DNA of 64,000 bases from Rhodospirillaceae bacterium. Lineage in GTDB: Bacteria > Pseudomonadota > Alphaproteobacteria > GCA-2731375. Positions 10,017-20,462 of this stretch are shown here, piece after piece (positions within the stretch are counted from its first letter, which is position 1; each line of letters opens with the position of its first letter). Below the pieces are notes generated by a model. The model ran no database searches and was not told the DNA's origin. It saw only the letters and a list, made by a program, of their open reading frames with translations. The position numbers were made by a program, and so were the translations under genes. Where the stretch lies: NCBI GenBank assembly GCA_018667855.1, contig JABIRL010000080.1, forward strand, positions 10,341 through 74,340, read 5' to 3'.

Positions 10017-10093
10017 GCGCCCGTAGCTCAACTGGATAGAGCGTCTGACTACGGATCAGGAGGTTGGGAGTTCGAATCTTCCCGGGCGCGCCA
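10017..10093 (+). tRNA. tRNA-Arg (anticodon ACG)
   Basis: Manually folded cloverleaf: acceptor GCGCCCG/CGGGCGC, D-arm GCTC..GAGC, anticodon loop CTACGGA, T-loop GGGAGTTCGAATCTTCC, 3' CCA encoded; followed by hairpin GCTTAGCGAAGCTAAGC. Confidence 0.9.
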
Positions 10094-10373
10094 TTTGGCC
10101 GCTTAGCGAAGCTAAGCGTGGAGAATCAATAAATTTTGAATTCGGCGGCAGCTGTTTGCGTAGCAAACCGCAAGAGCCGGGGTTCGAATTTTGACCTGTC
10201 AGGCGCACCGCGCGGAGACCACTAAACTGTCGCTTGAAAACTGTCGCTTGATCCGGCGTTCGTCGACAAGGTGCGCGACATTGCCAGGTTTAACATCTCG
10301 CCGCAGTCAAACGTTTCCGCCAGAGATCCAAATAATCTTCACGCAAAGGACTTTTCGCGCGGGCGAACGGAAT

Positions 10374-11171
10374 TCAACGCAGTTTCAAGAAGGCCGGATG
10401 GCGAAAGGCATCGCCGTCGTTCAGGCGGTCGTGCAGGCCGGCGATGCGGGGGCCGCAAGGACCGGGGCGGGAGGCATAGATGGTGTCCGGGCCGAAAAAG
10501 CGCAGCGACACGGTTTCCCGCATGGCATGCGTGGTCGCGCCGCCGCCGTGCAGGACTTTTGGATGAAAGGCCAGCACGTCGCCCGGTTCCACATCCCACG
10601 AGACAATGTCCCAATCCGCCGGTGCCCGGTCGATATCCGGCAGGCGGGGCAATTCATCTTCGGGATAGATCGGCTGCGTCGGGTCATCGATCTTGAAGGT
10701 GGAGCCGTTGTACAGCGGCCCATGGTGAGAGCCGGAGACGAATTCCAGGGCCTCGGCCTTCGGCACGGCGGCGAAGCTGATCCAGAACACGATCAGATGC
10801 TCGCCGTCTACGGCCAGATAGGATGAATCCTGATGCCATGGGGTACGCCGGCAGGCGCCGGTTTTGCGGAAGACCTGTTCATACATGAACCAGGTCTCTT
10901 CCGCGCCCCATAACTCTGCCGCCAGATCCGCCAGCGGACCATTTCGAAGCAACGCCTCGTAGACGGTTGGTGCGTCCGGGTTGGCCTTGTCCTCGAACGA
11001 ATCGCTGCCTTCGTTCAGCCAGCCGCCGCCTTTGCCGTGAGGGCCCTTATGGCTCAAACTCCAGTCGTAACAGGCCCTGGCACCGTCGAGGAAGTCCTGA
11101 TCAAGGACGGCATCGAGTTTGATGACGCCATCCTCGCGAAAACGCTGTCCCAAAGCACTAAGATCCAACAC
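10374..11171 (-). CDS. phytanoyl-CoA dioxygenase (PhyH) family Fe(II)/2-oxoglutarate oxygenase
   Basis: 265 aa; HxD...H facial-triad spacing and overall PhyH-like pattern. Confidence 0.5.
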   Translation of the reverse strand: MLDLSALGQRFREDGVIKLDAVLDQDFLDGARACYDWSLSHKGPHGKGGGWLNEGSDSFEDKANPDAPTVYEALLRNGPLADLAAELWGAEETWFMYEQVFRKTGACRRTPWHQDSSYLAVDGEHLIVFWISFAAVPKAEALEFVSGSHHGPLYNGSTFKIDDPTQPIYPEDELPRLPDIDRAPADWDIVSWDVEPGDVLAFHPKVLHGGGATTHAMRETVSLRFFGPDTIYASRPGPCGPRIAGLHDRLNDGDAFRHPAFLKLR

Positions 11172-11263
11172 GCTAACAAACTCCCCTTTGTGGTCCGGTT
11201 GCGGCGGTCATGGCCCCACGGTACCCTATGACAAACAGTGACAACATTATGCCTGGAGGAAAC

Positions 11264-12997
11264 ATGGCGACCACGGAAAAAATGCTGACAGAGGAAATTC
11301 CCGCCGCCGAGGGCATCGTACGGGTGTTGGAGGATGCGGGCATCGACATGATATTCGGCATCGCCGGCGGCAACATGGGCCGCCTGTACGGCGCGCTGTA
11401 TGACCACCAGGACAGCGTCCGCGCGGTTCTGGTGCGCCACGAATCCCTCGCCTCGGTCATGGCGGAAGTCTACGGCCGCCTGACCGGCAAGCCCGGTGTC
11501 TGCACGGGCCAGGGCATTTTCATGTTGGCCAATGGTCTGCTGGGCACGTTGGAGGCGCATTTCGGCAGCTCGCCCATGTTGTTTCTTTCGGAATTATCGG
11601 ATGTGGCGCCTTACTCCCAGCATGCGCCCTATCAAAGCGGCACGGGCGATTATGGCGGTGCCGACACCAAGAACGCTCTTGCCGCCGTCACCAAATATAC
11701 TTCCCTTTCCCATCAACCGGCCCAGGCCGTGCACGCCACGCAGCTGGCCATCAAGCATGCCTTGAGCGGCGAACGCGGTCCCGTGGGCGTGCTGTACCAT
11801 TCCAGCTGTTTCGCGGGCACCGTGGACCCCAACCAACGGCCGTATCTCTATCCCACCTCCCGCTATTTGCCGACGCCGCAGTCGGGTAACGAAGCTGACG
11901 TTCAGGCCGCGGCCCGGGCGCTGCTGGCGGCCGAACGACCGGTCATTATCGCCGGTAACGGCGTCCGCATTTCCAGGGCCTTCGATCAACTGGCCCGCCT
12001 GGCGGCCCAGATCGGCGCCCCGGTGGCGACCACGGCGTCGGGCAAGGGCGTGATTGCCGAGACTGATGATCTGGCGCTGGGTGTTTGCGGCAATTTCGGG
12101 CAGGACGCGGCGAACGCCTATATCGGCGCGGCGGATCTGGTGCTGGCCATCGGCACCCGACTGGGGCCCGGCGATACGGCAAACGAGAACCCGGAACTGA
12201 TCGATCCCACCCGGCAGACCCTGGTGCAGATCGATGTGGAGCCGAAAAACGCTAGTTGGGCATTCCCCTGCGATACAGTGGTGATCGGCGATGCGGCCTT
12301 GGTTCTCGACCAGATTTCGGACGAGATTGACGGGATCGGTACGCCGTCAGCTGACGATCTGGCCGCCCGCAAGGCATTGTTGGATGTAACCCGCGAGCGG
12401 GAAAAATTCTTCCTCGATCCCCGTGATACCGCCGATGACGTGCCGATCATGCCGCAGCGTCTGTTGGTGGAACTGCACAAGGCCATTCCCGACGACGCCT
12501 TTATCACCTGCGATGCCGGAGAAAACCGCCTGTTCATGACCCATTATTTCCAGACCAAGGGGCCCGGCACCCTGTTGATGCCCGGCATTGGCGCCATGGG
12601 TTACGCCATTCCCGCCGCGCTGGCCTGCAAGCTGGTGCATCCCGAACGCCAGGCCATCGCCGTTACCGGCGACGGTGGTTTTGGCATGGCCATGAACGGC
12701 GTCATGACGGCGCGGGACGAGGATATTCCCATCGTCGTGGTCGTCATGAACAACAGCGCCCTGGGCTGGGTCAAACATGGCCAGGGCAATCGCACCATCG
12801 CCAGTACCTTCAGCGAAATGAATTTCGCCGAGATGGCCAAGGTCATGGGCTGCAATGGTATCCGCGTGGAACAACCCGGCGATCTGCCCACTGCCCTGGC
12901 CGAAGCCTTGGCCTCGAACCAGCCGACCGTGGTCGATGTGGTCACATCATTCGAGCCATCGTTCCGTGATGTAACCTCGCCCCTGACGCGGGGCTAG
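11264..12997 (+). CDS. thiamine pyrophosphate-dependent enzyme, acetolactate synthase/benzoylformate decarboxylase-like
   Basis: Start at ATG preceded by GGAGGA RBS; GDG-x24-NN TPP-binding motif (TGDGGFGMAMNGVMTA...NN); FAD/central and Pyr domains recognisable. Confidence 0.8.
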   Translation: MATTEKMLTEEIPAAEGIVRVLEDAGIDMIFGIAGGNMGRLYGALYDHQDSVRAVLVRHESLASVMAEVYGRLTGKPGVCTGQGIFMLANGLLGTLEAHFGSSPMLFLSELSDVAPYSQHAPYQSGTGDYGGADTKNALAAVTKYTSLSHQPAQAVHATQLAIKHALSGERGPVGVLYHSSCFAGTVDPNQRPYLYPTSRYLPTPQSGNEADVQAAARALLAAERPVIIAGNGVRISRAFDQLARLAAQIGAPVATTASGKGVIAETDDLALGVCGNFGQDAANAYIGAADLVLAIGTRLGPGDTANENPELIDPTRQTLVQIDVEPKNASWAFPCDTVVIGDAALVLDQISDEIDGIGTPSADDLAARKALLDVTREREKFFLDPRDTADDVPIMPQRLLVELHKAIPDDAFITCDAGENRLFMTHYFQTKGPGTLLMPGIGAMGYAIPAALACKLVHPERQAIAVTGDGGFGMAMNGVMTARDEDIPIVVVVMNNSALGWVKHGQGNRTIASTFSEMNFAEMAKVMGCNGIRVEQPGDLPTALAEALASNQPTVVDVVTSFEPSFRDVTSPLTRG

Positions 12998-13078
12998 ACC
13001 ATTTTCGATATTCATCTAATCGCCAAGCCGCCCGCTCCTCCTGAGCGGGCGGGTAGTTCAAATCCGAAAATGGGCTAG
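12995..13078 (+). repeat. palindromic intergenic repeat element, family B copy 1
   Basis: TAGACCATTTTCGATATTCAT...GCCCGCTCC/GGAGCGGGC...GAAAATGGGCTAG; homologous copies at 35864-35992 and (degenerate, inverted) ~22045-22135; termini supply TAG stops for both convergent flanking genes. Confidence 0.75.
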
Positions 13079-13908
13079 CGCAGCAGTCCACCATCAATGG
13101 CGATGGTACGACCAGTGACATAGTCGGACAGATCGGTGACCAGGAATTCGACCACCTTGGCGCAATCCTCGATCGTGCCCTGACGGCGCAGGGGAATGTC
13201 GTTGATCATATGCGGGCGGTCGCCCAGGCGGCCGGTAATGATGACGCCGGGCGCGATGGCGTTGACGTTGATATTGTCGGGTCCCAGTTCCTGGGCCAGG
13301 GCGCGGGTGTAATGAATGATCGCGGCCTTGGCGGTGCCGTAGGGATGATAGCCGCCACGGGCATCCAGCCCGGCGGTGGACGAGACGTTGACGATTTTGC
13401 CGCCGCCTTGTTTTTTCATATGCGGCGTCACCGCCATGCAGGTGTACATGCAGGTGCGTATATTGATATCCAGCACCCGGCTCAGCATTTCTTCTGAACA
13501 GTTCGACGGCGTACCGGTGGTGACCACATCGACGGTTTCGTTGGCGCCGGGATCGGGCGTCCGTTCGTCGGCGAAGGTCACCACGCCGCCGCCGGCATTG
13601 CAGACGGCGATGTCCAGACGGCCCAGCCGTGCGACGACATCGGCCGCCGCCCGGTCGGTGGCGGCCCGATCGGTCAGATCGGCCTCTATCCCGATCGCAC
13701 GCACGCCGAGGGCCTCGCATTCGGCAACCACGGTAGGCGCCGTCGATAACTCGCGCTCGAGCTCATACACTTCGGCGGCCTGCAGGTTGCGGTCGATGAT
13801 GGCGATATCGGCGCCAAGGCCCGCCAGACGCAAGGCATAACCCCGGCCCAGACCCCGCGCGCCACCCGTAACTAAAGCGACCTTTCCGGCCAGTTTTTTC
13901 TCGCTCAT
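13075..13908 (-). CDS. SDR family oxidoreductase
   Basis: TGGARGLG Rossmann motif; catalytic YGTAK. Confidence 0.85.
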   Translation of the reverse strand: MSEKKLAGKVALVTGGARGLGRGYALRLAGLGADIAIIDRNLQAAEVYELERELSTAPTVVAECEALGVRAIGIEADLTDRAATDRAAADVVARLGRLDIAVCNAGGGVVTFADERTPDPGANETVDVVTTGTPSNCSEEMLSRVLDINIRTCMYTCMAVTPHMKKQGGGKIVNVSSTAGLDARGGYHPYGTAKAAIIHYTRALAQELGPDNINVNAIAPGVIITGRLGDRPHMINDIPLRRQGTIEDCAKVVEFLVTDLSDYVTGRTIAIDGGLLR

Positions 13909-13928
13909 TGTTCCCTCCGATTTGTTTG

Positions 13929-15563
13929 TTAAATCCGCCCATCATAGGCGTTTTCGCCGATTTCACAGGCCAGCAAGGTGAAAGTTTCCCGCCCCCGAGC
14001 TTCGATCATCGCCGCCGAGATCCCCGCCCGGCTGTCGACGGCGACACCGTAACCGCCAAAGGCATTGGCCAGGGCGACGAAGTCCGTGGCGCCGAATTCC
14101 ACGCCCAACTTGGCGAAGCCGCTCTCGCGTTGCTTTTTCTCGATCAGCGCCAGCGTGCGGTCCACGAACACCACGATCAGAATGTTCTGGCGCAGATCCC
14201 GGCACGTGGCCAATTCGCCAACCACCATTTCCAGACTGGCATCGCCCACGAAACAAATTACCTCGCGCCCAGGATCCGCCAGCTTGGCGCCGATGGCCAA
14301 CGGCAGGGCGCAGCCCATGGTGCAAAGCGCCGAGGACTGCAACAAACCGCGCGGCTGGAAGCATTTCCAGATCTGGCTGAGCAGAATGCGGTGGGCGCCG
14401 CTGTCGGCGGTGGCAATTGTGTCTTGTGCGCTGTGTTTTTGGATTTCGTCGACGATGGCGCCGGGCCCCCAAACCTCGTCCGCCCCGAAGGCCGCGACAA
14501 GGGCGCCGCGCGCGGCGGCGGCCTCGCCACTGGGCCAGGTATCGTTGCGCCCCGCGCCCGTGTCCGCGCCCATGTCCGCGCCAGTGGCCAGGGCCGCCAA
14601 TCCGGCCCCCACATCACAGCGGAAGGACCAGCGCGCCCGGTGCATATAGTGTGTGTTTTCCAGTCCGCCCAATTCGATGACAGCCGCATCGTCGGGCCAG
14701 GGGTTCCGCCAGCCCGCGCGCATCTCAATCGGGTCATAACCTGCCAGGATGATGCAATCGCTTTGCGCCAACAGCGGCAGAAGATGACGATCCGCCAAGG
14801 GCGACAGCCCGGCGCCGCCCAAGGCCAGGGGTTCATCTTCCGGCAAAACGCCCTTAGCCTTGTAGGTGGTGATGACGGGGACCTGGCAGGTTCGGGCAAA
14901 TTCGGCAACCGGCCCCGCCGCATCATCGTGCAAGACGCCAACGCCGGCGATCAGGATGGGCCGTTCGGCGTCCGCAAAGCAGGCTTGTGCGGCCTGCCAT
15001 TCCGGGCCGGGCGCCGGGATCAGGGCCTGCGGCGCTGTCCGAAGGGCGACCCGCCCATCGCCCTGATCCGCGGTGGCCAGGGATATGGGCACATCGATAT
15101 GTACAGGGCCCGGCGGATAGGCTGTGGCGATGGCAATCGCCTTGTCCGCCAGCACATCCACGGCGCCGTCGGCCAGGGTCAGGGATGCCTTGGTGATCGG
15201 CGCCAGCATGGCGGTATGGTCGAAAACCTGATGGGTGTATGTCGCGGCCTCCGCCCCATCGACACGGCCGGTGATAAAGATCAACGGTACCTGATCCTGC
15301 AGGGCGTTGACCATGACATTGGCCGCGTTCGCCACGCCGGGGCCCAATGTCGCCAGTAGAATGCCCGGCGCACCGGTGACATGGTGGGTGCCCTCGGCCA
15401 TGAAGCCGCCGGCATTTTCGTGCTTGCATAATTCGAAGCGAATGCCGGCCTTGTCCAGGGCCGCCATCATGGCCAGAACTTCGCCGCCCGGAATACCGAA
15501 GGCATAACGGCAACCGGCCTGAAACAGGCGCCGGGCCAGGATATCGACACTGCTATTCATCAT
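13929..15563 (-). CDS. thiamine pyrophosphate-binding protein, acetolactate synthase large-subunit-like
   Basis: 544 aa; N-terminal Pyr domain (GIPGGEV), C-terminal GDAS...N TPP motif. Confidence 0.8.
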   Translation of the reverse strand: MMNSSVDILARRLFQAGCRYAFGIPGGEVLAMMAALDKAGIRFELCKHENAGGFMAEGTHHVTGAPGILLATLGPGVANAANVMVNALQDQVPLIFITGRVDGAEAATYTHQVFDHTAMLAPITKASLTLADGAVDVLADKAIAIATAYPPGPVHIDVPISLATADQGDGRVALRTAPQALIPAPGPEWQAAQACFADAERPILIAGVGVLHDDAAGPVAEFARTCQVPVITTYKAKGVLPEDEPLALGGAGLSPLADRHLLPLLAQSDCIILAGYDPIEMRAGWRNPWPDDAAVIELGGLENTHYMHRARWSFRCDVGAGLAALATGADMGADTGAGRNDTWPSGEAAAARGALVAAFGADEVWGPGAIVDEIQKHSAQDTIATADSGAHRILLSQIWKCFQPRGLLQSSALCTMGCALPLAIGAKLADPGREVICFVGDASLEMVVGELATCRDLRQNILIVVFVDRTLALIEKKQRESGFAKLGVEFGATDFVALANAFGGYGVAVDSRAGISAAMIEARGRETFTLLACEIGENAYDGRI

Positions 15564-15619
15564 CGACTACCTTGGCGCAGGTTGCAGCCGCTTGGCAAGA
15601 TGTGCTGTAGAATGGCGCC

Positions 15620-16276
15620 ATGATAATGCCCATTGATCGATTTCGGTTTGTGAAATGTTTCGCCGCGCTGGCATTGTTGCTCGCCGCCTGTACCGCGACA
15701 GCGCCATCCGAACCTATGGGAGATGCGGTCGGGACCACGGTCTTCGTGACCTCGAACGGATGGCATACGGGCATCGTAATCGCCAAGGCGGACATGACCC
15801 CGAACCTGTTGCCCGAAACCGGCGATTTCCCGGATGCCGTTTTTTTTGAATTCGGTTGGGGTGATGCGAAGTTCTACCCGGCCGAGGAAACCACGATCGG
15901 CATGACGATGGAGGCAGCCTTGGTGCCAAGCCCGGCCGTAATGCACATGGTGGGCCTGTGGACGACGCCGTCGCGATACTTCCCCGATGCCGAAGTCGTC
16001 AAATTATCCATCGATGCCACGCAATTCAGCCGCCTGATGACTTTCATTGATGACAGTTTCGACCGCGCCGGCAATCCGCGGGTTTCAGCCTCCGCGCCGG
16101 GCCTTTATAAATCCAGCGGCTTTTATCCGGCAAAAGGCAGCTTCCACCTTCTCAATACCTGCAACACCTGGACCGCCCGCGCGCTCCGGGCCGCCGGTCT
16201 GGAAATCAAGGCAACGGGCACCACCCATGCCGAGGCATTGATGCAGCAAGTCCGTGGGCTAGATCAAGCTGCATGA
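15620..16276 (+). CDS. DUF2459 (TIGR02117) family lipoprotein
   Basis: 218 aa; lipobox LAAC; conserved NGWHTGIVI segment. Confidence 0.5.
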   Translation: MIMPIDRFRFVKCFAALALLLAACTATAPSEPMGDAVGTTVFVTSNGWHTGIVIAKADMTPNLLPETGDFPDAVFFEFGWGDAKFYPAEETTIGMTMEAALVPSPAVMHMVGLWTTPSRYFPDAEVVKLSIDATQFSRLMTFIDDSFDRAGNPRVSASAPGLYKSSGFYPAKGSFHLLNTCNTWTARALRAAGLEIKATGTTHAEALMQQVRGLDQAA

Positions 16277-16366
16277 AATTGGAATCAATTTTGTGCAGAT
16301 AACTTGATCTATTCTGAGGGATTAGAGCAACTTGGCCGCGTTCGAATGAACGCAGGTAGCTCTAGG
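16259..16366 (+). repeat. palindromic intergenic repeat element, family A-related copy 3
   Basis: Two hairpin modules (CTAGATCAAG...CTTGATCTA and TAGAGCAACTTGGCCGCGTTCGAATGAACGC...GCTCTAG) sharing cores with family A; contains the TGA stop of the DUF2459 gene and the CTA (TAG) stop of the convergent acyl-CoA ligase gene. Confidence 0.65.
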
Positions 16367-18017
16367 CCGGCTGTAGGGCTTCCAGAGCCTGCTCCCGCAA
16401 TTCCGTCTTGCGCACCTTGCCGGTGGAGGTCATCGGCAGTTCGGGCAGGAACAGGACATGCCGGGGGATCTTGAACGAAGCGATCCGGCCCCGGCAGAAT
16501 TCCAGGATATCCGCCTCGCTGGGATTTCGCCCCGGTCTGGGCGCGACGAAGGCAACCGCGACCTCCGTCAGGCGTTCATCGGGATGGCCCACCACCGCGA
16601 CATCGGCGACATCGCCGTGGCCCTGCAAATAGGCCTCCACTTCCATGGGGTCCACATTCTCGCCGCCGATCTTCAACATGTCCTTGTAACGGCCCAGAAA
16701 ACGCAGAAAACCGTCGGCTCGCAAATAGCCCATGTCGCCGCTGTAAAACCAGCCGTCCTGATCATAGGCATTGGCGGTTTCCTCGGGCTTTTTGTAATAA
16801 CACTGCATCAGGTTATATGATTTCAGAATGATCTCGCCGGGTGTATCAAAGGGTTGATCCTGCCCCGTGTCGGGATCGATAACGCGAAAATCAAAGCCGT
16901 CGCAGGGATGGCCGGAGGTCTCGCAGATCTGCTCTTGCGTGGAATCCAGAAAGGACAGGCAGGCGTTGCCGCCGATTTCGGTCATGCCATAGGCGGTGAC
17001 CGGCTTCATGGGCGCCAATATGTCGAGCGCCTCGCGCATGATGGGCACGGCGCTGTTGGTACCGGCGCCGAAAATACCCGTGCGCAGGGAGGATATATCC
17101 CGCGCCTGACGTTTCTGAGCTTCCACCAAGCCTTTTACGTGGGTTTCAAAACCCGACAGCTGGGTCACGCCCTCGGCCTCGATGGCGTCCAGACAAACCT
17201 CCGGATCAAAGGTTTCAGCGAGGATCTGCCGGTTGCCCGTGGCCATGGACAGCATGGGTCCATCCAGATAGCCGAAGATATGGAACAGGGGCAGGTAATT
17301 ATAAACCACGTCCACTTCCGTGGTGCCCAGAACCCGAACCCGGTCCACCTGATTGCGCAGAAAGCCATGGCCGCGCACAACGCCTTTGGGAAACCCCGTG
17401 GTGCCGGAGGTATACATGATAAAGGCTGGATCATCCCGATCCACCTCTGCCGCGCGCCGCTCCAATTCGGCGTCCAGAGCGACCTCGGGGTCCCGGATCA
17501 GATCGCGATAATGGCTGGTTCCGAACGGCGCATCGGTCCCTCCGTCCGTGGTCTTGATGATGATCCTTTGAAGAAAGGGAAAATCATTGGACTGGATACC
17601 GCCATCTTCGCGCCGCTCCCTGTCGGGCACCATCTCCCGCGTCATGGCCCAATAGTCGATGGGGCCGGAGGTATCGTGGGTGATCAAGGTGCTGCATTCC
17701 GCCTGCCCGACGATATAGGCCGCATCGGCGGTTCTGAAGCGGGTGTTGATGGGCACCTGAATGGCGCCGATGCGGGCGATGGCGAATTGCAGATGGATCC
17801 ATTCCGGGCAGTTGTTCAGCCAGACGCCAACCCGGTCACCGGGCGCAATGCCAGCGGCGATCAGGCCGCGGGCAACCCGATCAACCGTTTCCGACAATTC
17901 ACCGAAGGTCTCTCCCCGGCCCTTGAAAGACAGCGCCACCCGGTCCCCCCACCTCTCGGCCGCAAGGCGCGGCAGATCGGCAAGGGTGGTGGCTTCATTC
18001 CATGGCGTCGGTTTCAC
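16362..18017 (-). CDS. AMP-dependent synthetase/ligase (acyl-CoA synthetase)
   Basis: 551 aa; YTSGTTGFPKGV AMP-binding signature and C-terminal GK motif. Confidence 0.85.
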   Translation of the reverse strand: MKPTPWNEATTLADLPRLAAERWGDRVALSFKGRGETFGELSETVDRVARGLIAAGIAPGDRVGVWLNNCPEWIHLQFAIARIGAIQVPINTRFRTADAAYIVGQAECSTLITHDTSGPIDYWAMTREMVPDRERREDGGIQSNDFPFLQRIIIKTTDGGTDAPFGTSHYRDLIRDPEVALDAELERRAAEVDRDDPAFIMYTSGTTGFPKGVVRGHGFLRNQVDRVRVLGTTEVDVVYNYLPLFHIFGYLDGPMLSMATGNRQILAETFDPEVCLDAIEAEGVTQLSGFETHVKGLVEAQKRQARDISSLRTGIFGAGTNSAVPIMREALDILAPMKPVTAYGMTEIGGNACLSFLDSTQEQICETSGHPCDGFDFRVIDPDTGQDQPFDTPGEIILKSYNLMQCYYKKPEETANAYDQDGWFYSGDMGYLRADGFLRFLGRYKDMLKIGGENVDPMEVEAYLQGHGDVADVAVVGHPDERLTEVAVAFVAPRPGRNPSEADILEFCRGRIASFKIPRHVLFLPELPMTSTGKVRKTELREQALEALQPA

Positions 18018-19177
18018 TACTTCGGGAAGCCGTAAAGTTTGGCGGCATTGTCATAGGTCGTTTTCTGCCGGATCGCGTCAGGCAGATGACCCATTTCCCG
18101 CTCGATAAATTCCTGACTATCAGGCCAGATGCCATCGGGATGAGGGAAATCGGAACCCCACATGATGTTGTCCTCGCCCAGTTGATCGACCAGCTGCATG
18201 CCGACCGGATCGCTTTGGAACGTGGCGTAGCATTGCCGGTACCAATATTCCGACGGCTTCATCTTCAAAGTCAGGTCCTTGAACTGATCTTCCCATTCAA
18301 GATCCATATGTTCCAGAATGTACGGGATCCAGCCGATGCCGCTTTCCGCAATGACGACCTTCAGGTCCGGGTACATCTCCAACGTGCCGCCGAAAACAAT
18401 CTCCATCAGTTTGTTGGACATATACATCTGAAAGCCGGTGATAAAGACGGCAAAAGCCTGCCGCGCCTCCAAAGGTTCCATGGACTCATAGTCCGGTGAC
18501 GTGGCGCCGCCGGTGTGGAAATGCAGCGGCAATTTAGAGGCCGCCGCCGCCGCGAACACCGGATGCCAATGTTTATGGTACAAAGGCTTGCCGCCGGGAA
18601 TGGTCGGGATTTCCAGACCGCTGAGGGCGCCACGCTTGGCCACGCGCTCGATCTCCGCTACCGCCGCGTCGATATCATGGCCTGGGATGGAGGCGATACC
18701 GGCCAGGCGGTTGGGATGGGTGGCGCAGAATTCCGCCAGCCAATCATTGTAGATCTGCATCATGACAATGGAGGCGTCCGGGTCGTTCAGACGCGCCGCG
18801 CCGCCCAGAATGCCGTACAGAACCTCACCCGCGACGCCGTCCAGGTCCTGGTCCTTGATGCGCAGATCGGGTTCGGTCAGGCGGCGAATGCCGTTCTTGC
18901 CATCTTCAAACAGACCCTGTTCCGCCATGCGGTCCGAGCGGTGGATGACACCGGGGACATACTCGCGTCCGGCCGAACCCATGCCGTTTTGCAGACCGAA
19001 TTGACCGCCGTTCTTGGAGACCCAGGTCGGTCCCTTGGGGCCATCGGTCACATAGGGCATGCGCTCCTTCATGGCGGCGGACGCATTGTCGGTAAACAGG
19101 TCGGCGGGCAACCAGATCAGGTCGATATGGCAATCCGCGGAAATTACGCCTTTGGGCATTTTGATGGCCTTTCGCAA
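18017..19177 (-). CDS. amidohydrolase_2 family metal-dependent hydrolase/decarboxylase (ACMSD/LigW-like)
   Basis: 386 aa; N-terminal ISADCHIDLIW His motif; 1-nt overlap with the downstream ligase gene. Confidence 0.7.
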   Translation of the reverse strand: MRKAIKMPKGVISADCHIDLIWLPADLFTDNASAAMKERMPYVTDGPKGPTWVSKNGGQFGLQNGMGSAGREYVPGVIHRSDRMAEQGLFEDGKNGIRRLTEPDLRIKDQDLDGVAGEVLYGILGGAARLNDPDASIVMMQIYNDWLAEFCATHPNRLAGIASIPGHDIDAAVAEIERVAKRGALSGLEIPTIPGGKPLYHKHWHPVFAAAAASKLPLHFHTGGATSPDYESMEPLEARQAFAVFITGFQMYMSNKLMEIVFGGTLEMYPDLKVVIAESGIGWIPYILEHMDLEWEDQFKDLTLKMKPSEYWYRQCYATFQSDPVGMQLVDQLGEDNIMWGSDFPHPDGIWPDSQEFIEREMGHLPDAIRQKTTYDNAAKLYGFPK

Positions 19178-19205
19178 TTATGGTTTCTGATTAATCGTCA
19201 TTTCA

Positions 19206-20303
19206 TCACATATCATGCAGGCGATGCAATTCATGCAACACCGCATCGGTCATTTCGGTTGTGCCGGCGGTGGTTGGGTGGCCGCCCTGAATATCGGGGG
19301 TACGCGCGCCGGCCGCCAGGGCGCTGCGTACGGCCTGGCGCAATATCCCGGCATCGTCCGGACTGTGAAACGACAGTTCGATGGCCATGGCCAGACTGAG
19401 GATCGCGCCCAGCGGATTGGCGATGCCCTGGCCGGCGATATCCGGCGCGCTGCCGTGCACCGGCTCGTACAGGGCCCGGCGGCGCCCGTTTTCATCCGCC
19501 ACGCTTAACGAGGCCGAGGGCAGCATCCCGAGGGAACCTGATATGGCGCCCGCCAGGTCCGAGAGAATGTCGCCGAACATATTGTCCGCCAGCATGACGT
19601 CGAACTGTTTCGGGTCGCGGATCACCTGCATGGCGCAATTGTCCACGATCATGTGTTCAAGCGGCACCTCCGAATATTCCTCCGCCCCCACGCGGGTGAC
19701 AACCTTGCGCCACAACTGGTGGCATTCCAGGACGTTGGATTTATCGATGGAATGCATATGCCCGCCGCGCTGCTTGGCCAGATCAAAGGCGAAGCGGGCG
19801 ATGCGCTCGATTTCCGGAGTTTCATAGACCAGGGTATTGACGCCCCGCTCCATACCGTTTGGCGATTGCGCCACGCCGCGCGGGGTGCCGAAATAGATAC
19901 CGCCGTTCAATTCCCGCACAATCATCATGTCGACGCCATGGATCGCCTCCGGCTTCAAGGAGACCGTATCCGCCAATTCGTCATATCCGATCACCGGGCG
20001 CAGGTTCGCGAAAACCTCCATATGCCGGCGAATACGCAACAGACTGCCCTGGCGCCGCGCTGCCATGGGAACTTCATCGAATTCCGGGCCGCCCGTGGCG
20101 CCGAACAGGACCGCATCAACGGCGATCAGATCCGCCATCACTTCATCGGTGATGATGGCGCCTTGTTGGTGATAAGCCGCCGCGCCGTATTGCTCATGGC
20201 GGACATCCACGACCAGACCGCGATGTTCACGGAACCATTCCAGGACACGCACAGCCTCGGCCGTAACCTCCGGTCCAATGCCGTCGCCCGGCAACACGAT
20301 CAT
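19206..20303 (-). CDS. isocitrate/isopropylmalate dehydrogenase-family enzyme (tartrate dehydrogenase/3-IPMDH-like)
   Basis: Start placed at MIVLPGDGIGPEV (canonical N-terminus of the family); the ORF-track start at 20351 is a TTG 16 codons upstream. Confidence 0.8.
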   Translation of the reverse strand: MIVLPGDGIGPEVTAEAVRVLEWFREHRGLVVDVRHEQYGAAAYHQQGAIITDEVMADLIAVDAVLFGATGGPEFDEVPMAARRQGSLLRIRRHMEVFANLRPVIGYDELADTVSLKPEAIHGVDMMIVRELNGGIYFGTPRGVAQSPNGMERGVNTLVYETPEIERIARFAFDLAKQRGGHMHSIDKSNVLECHQLWRKVVTRVGAEEYSEVPLEHMIVDNCAMQVIRDPKQFDVMLADNMFGDILSDLAGAISGSLGMLPSASLSVADENGRRRALYEPVHGSAPDIAGQGIANPLGAILSLAMAIELSFHSPDDAGILRQAVRSALAAGARTPDIQGGHPTTAGTTEMTDAVLHELHRLHDM

Positions 20304-20462
20304 TTTGAATGACAAGGATGTTTCCTCTTCCCGCCAAATTTGCAAAACCAAGTGGCTTTCACACCCTCGGGCTACGCAATTAACCGCAAAACACCAAAAT
20401 CCAGTCGCGCCGGTACCTCGTTTGCCAACGCGGGTCCGGCTGCGCGGCGATCACGCCGTCGG

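Noticed and set aside
10094-10373. Possible integration scar downstream of tRNA-Arg: a T-loop-like fragment CCGGGGTTCGAATTTTGACC and a 13-bp tandem direct repeat AACTGTCGCTTGA x2 in a lower-GC stretch
   Set aside because: Only the generic GTTCGAAT T-loop consensus matches the tRNA 3' end. There is no extended direct repeat of the tRNA 3' half, and no integrase, excisionase or phage/ICE genes nearby; flanking genes are ordinary metabolic genes.
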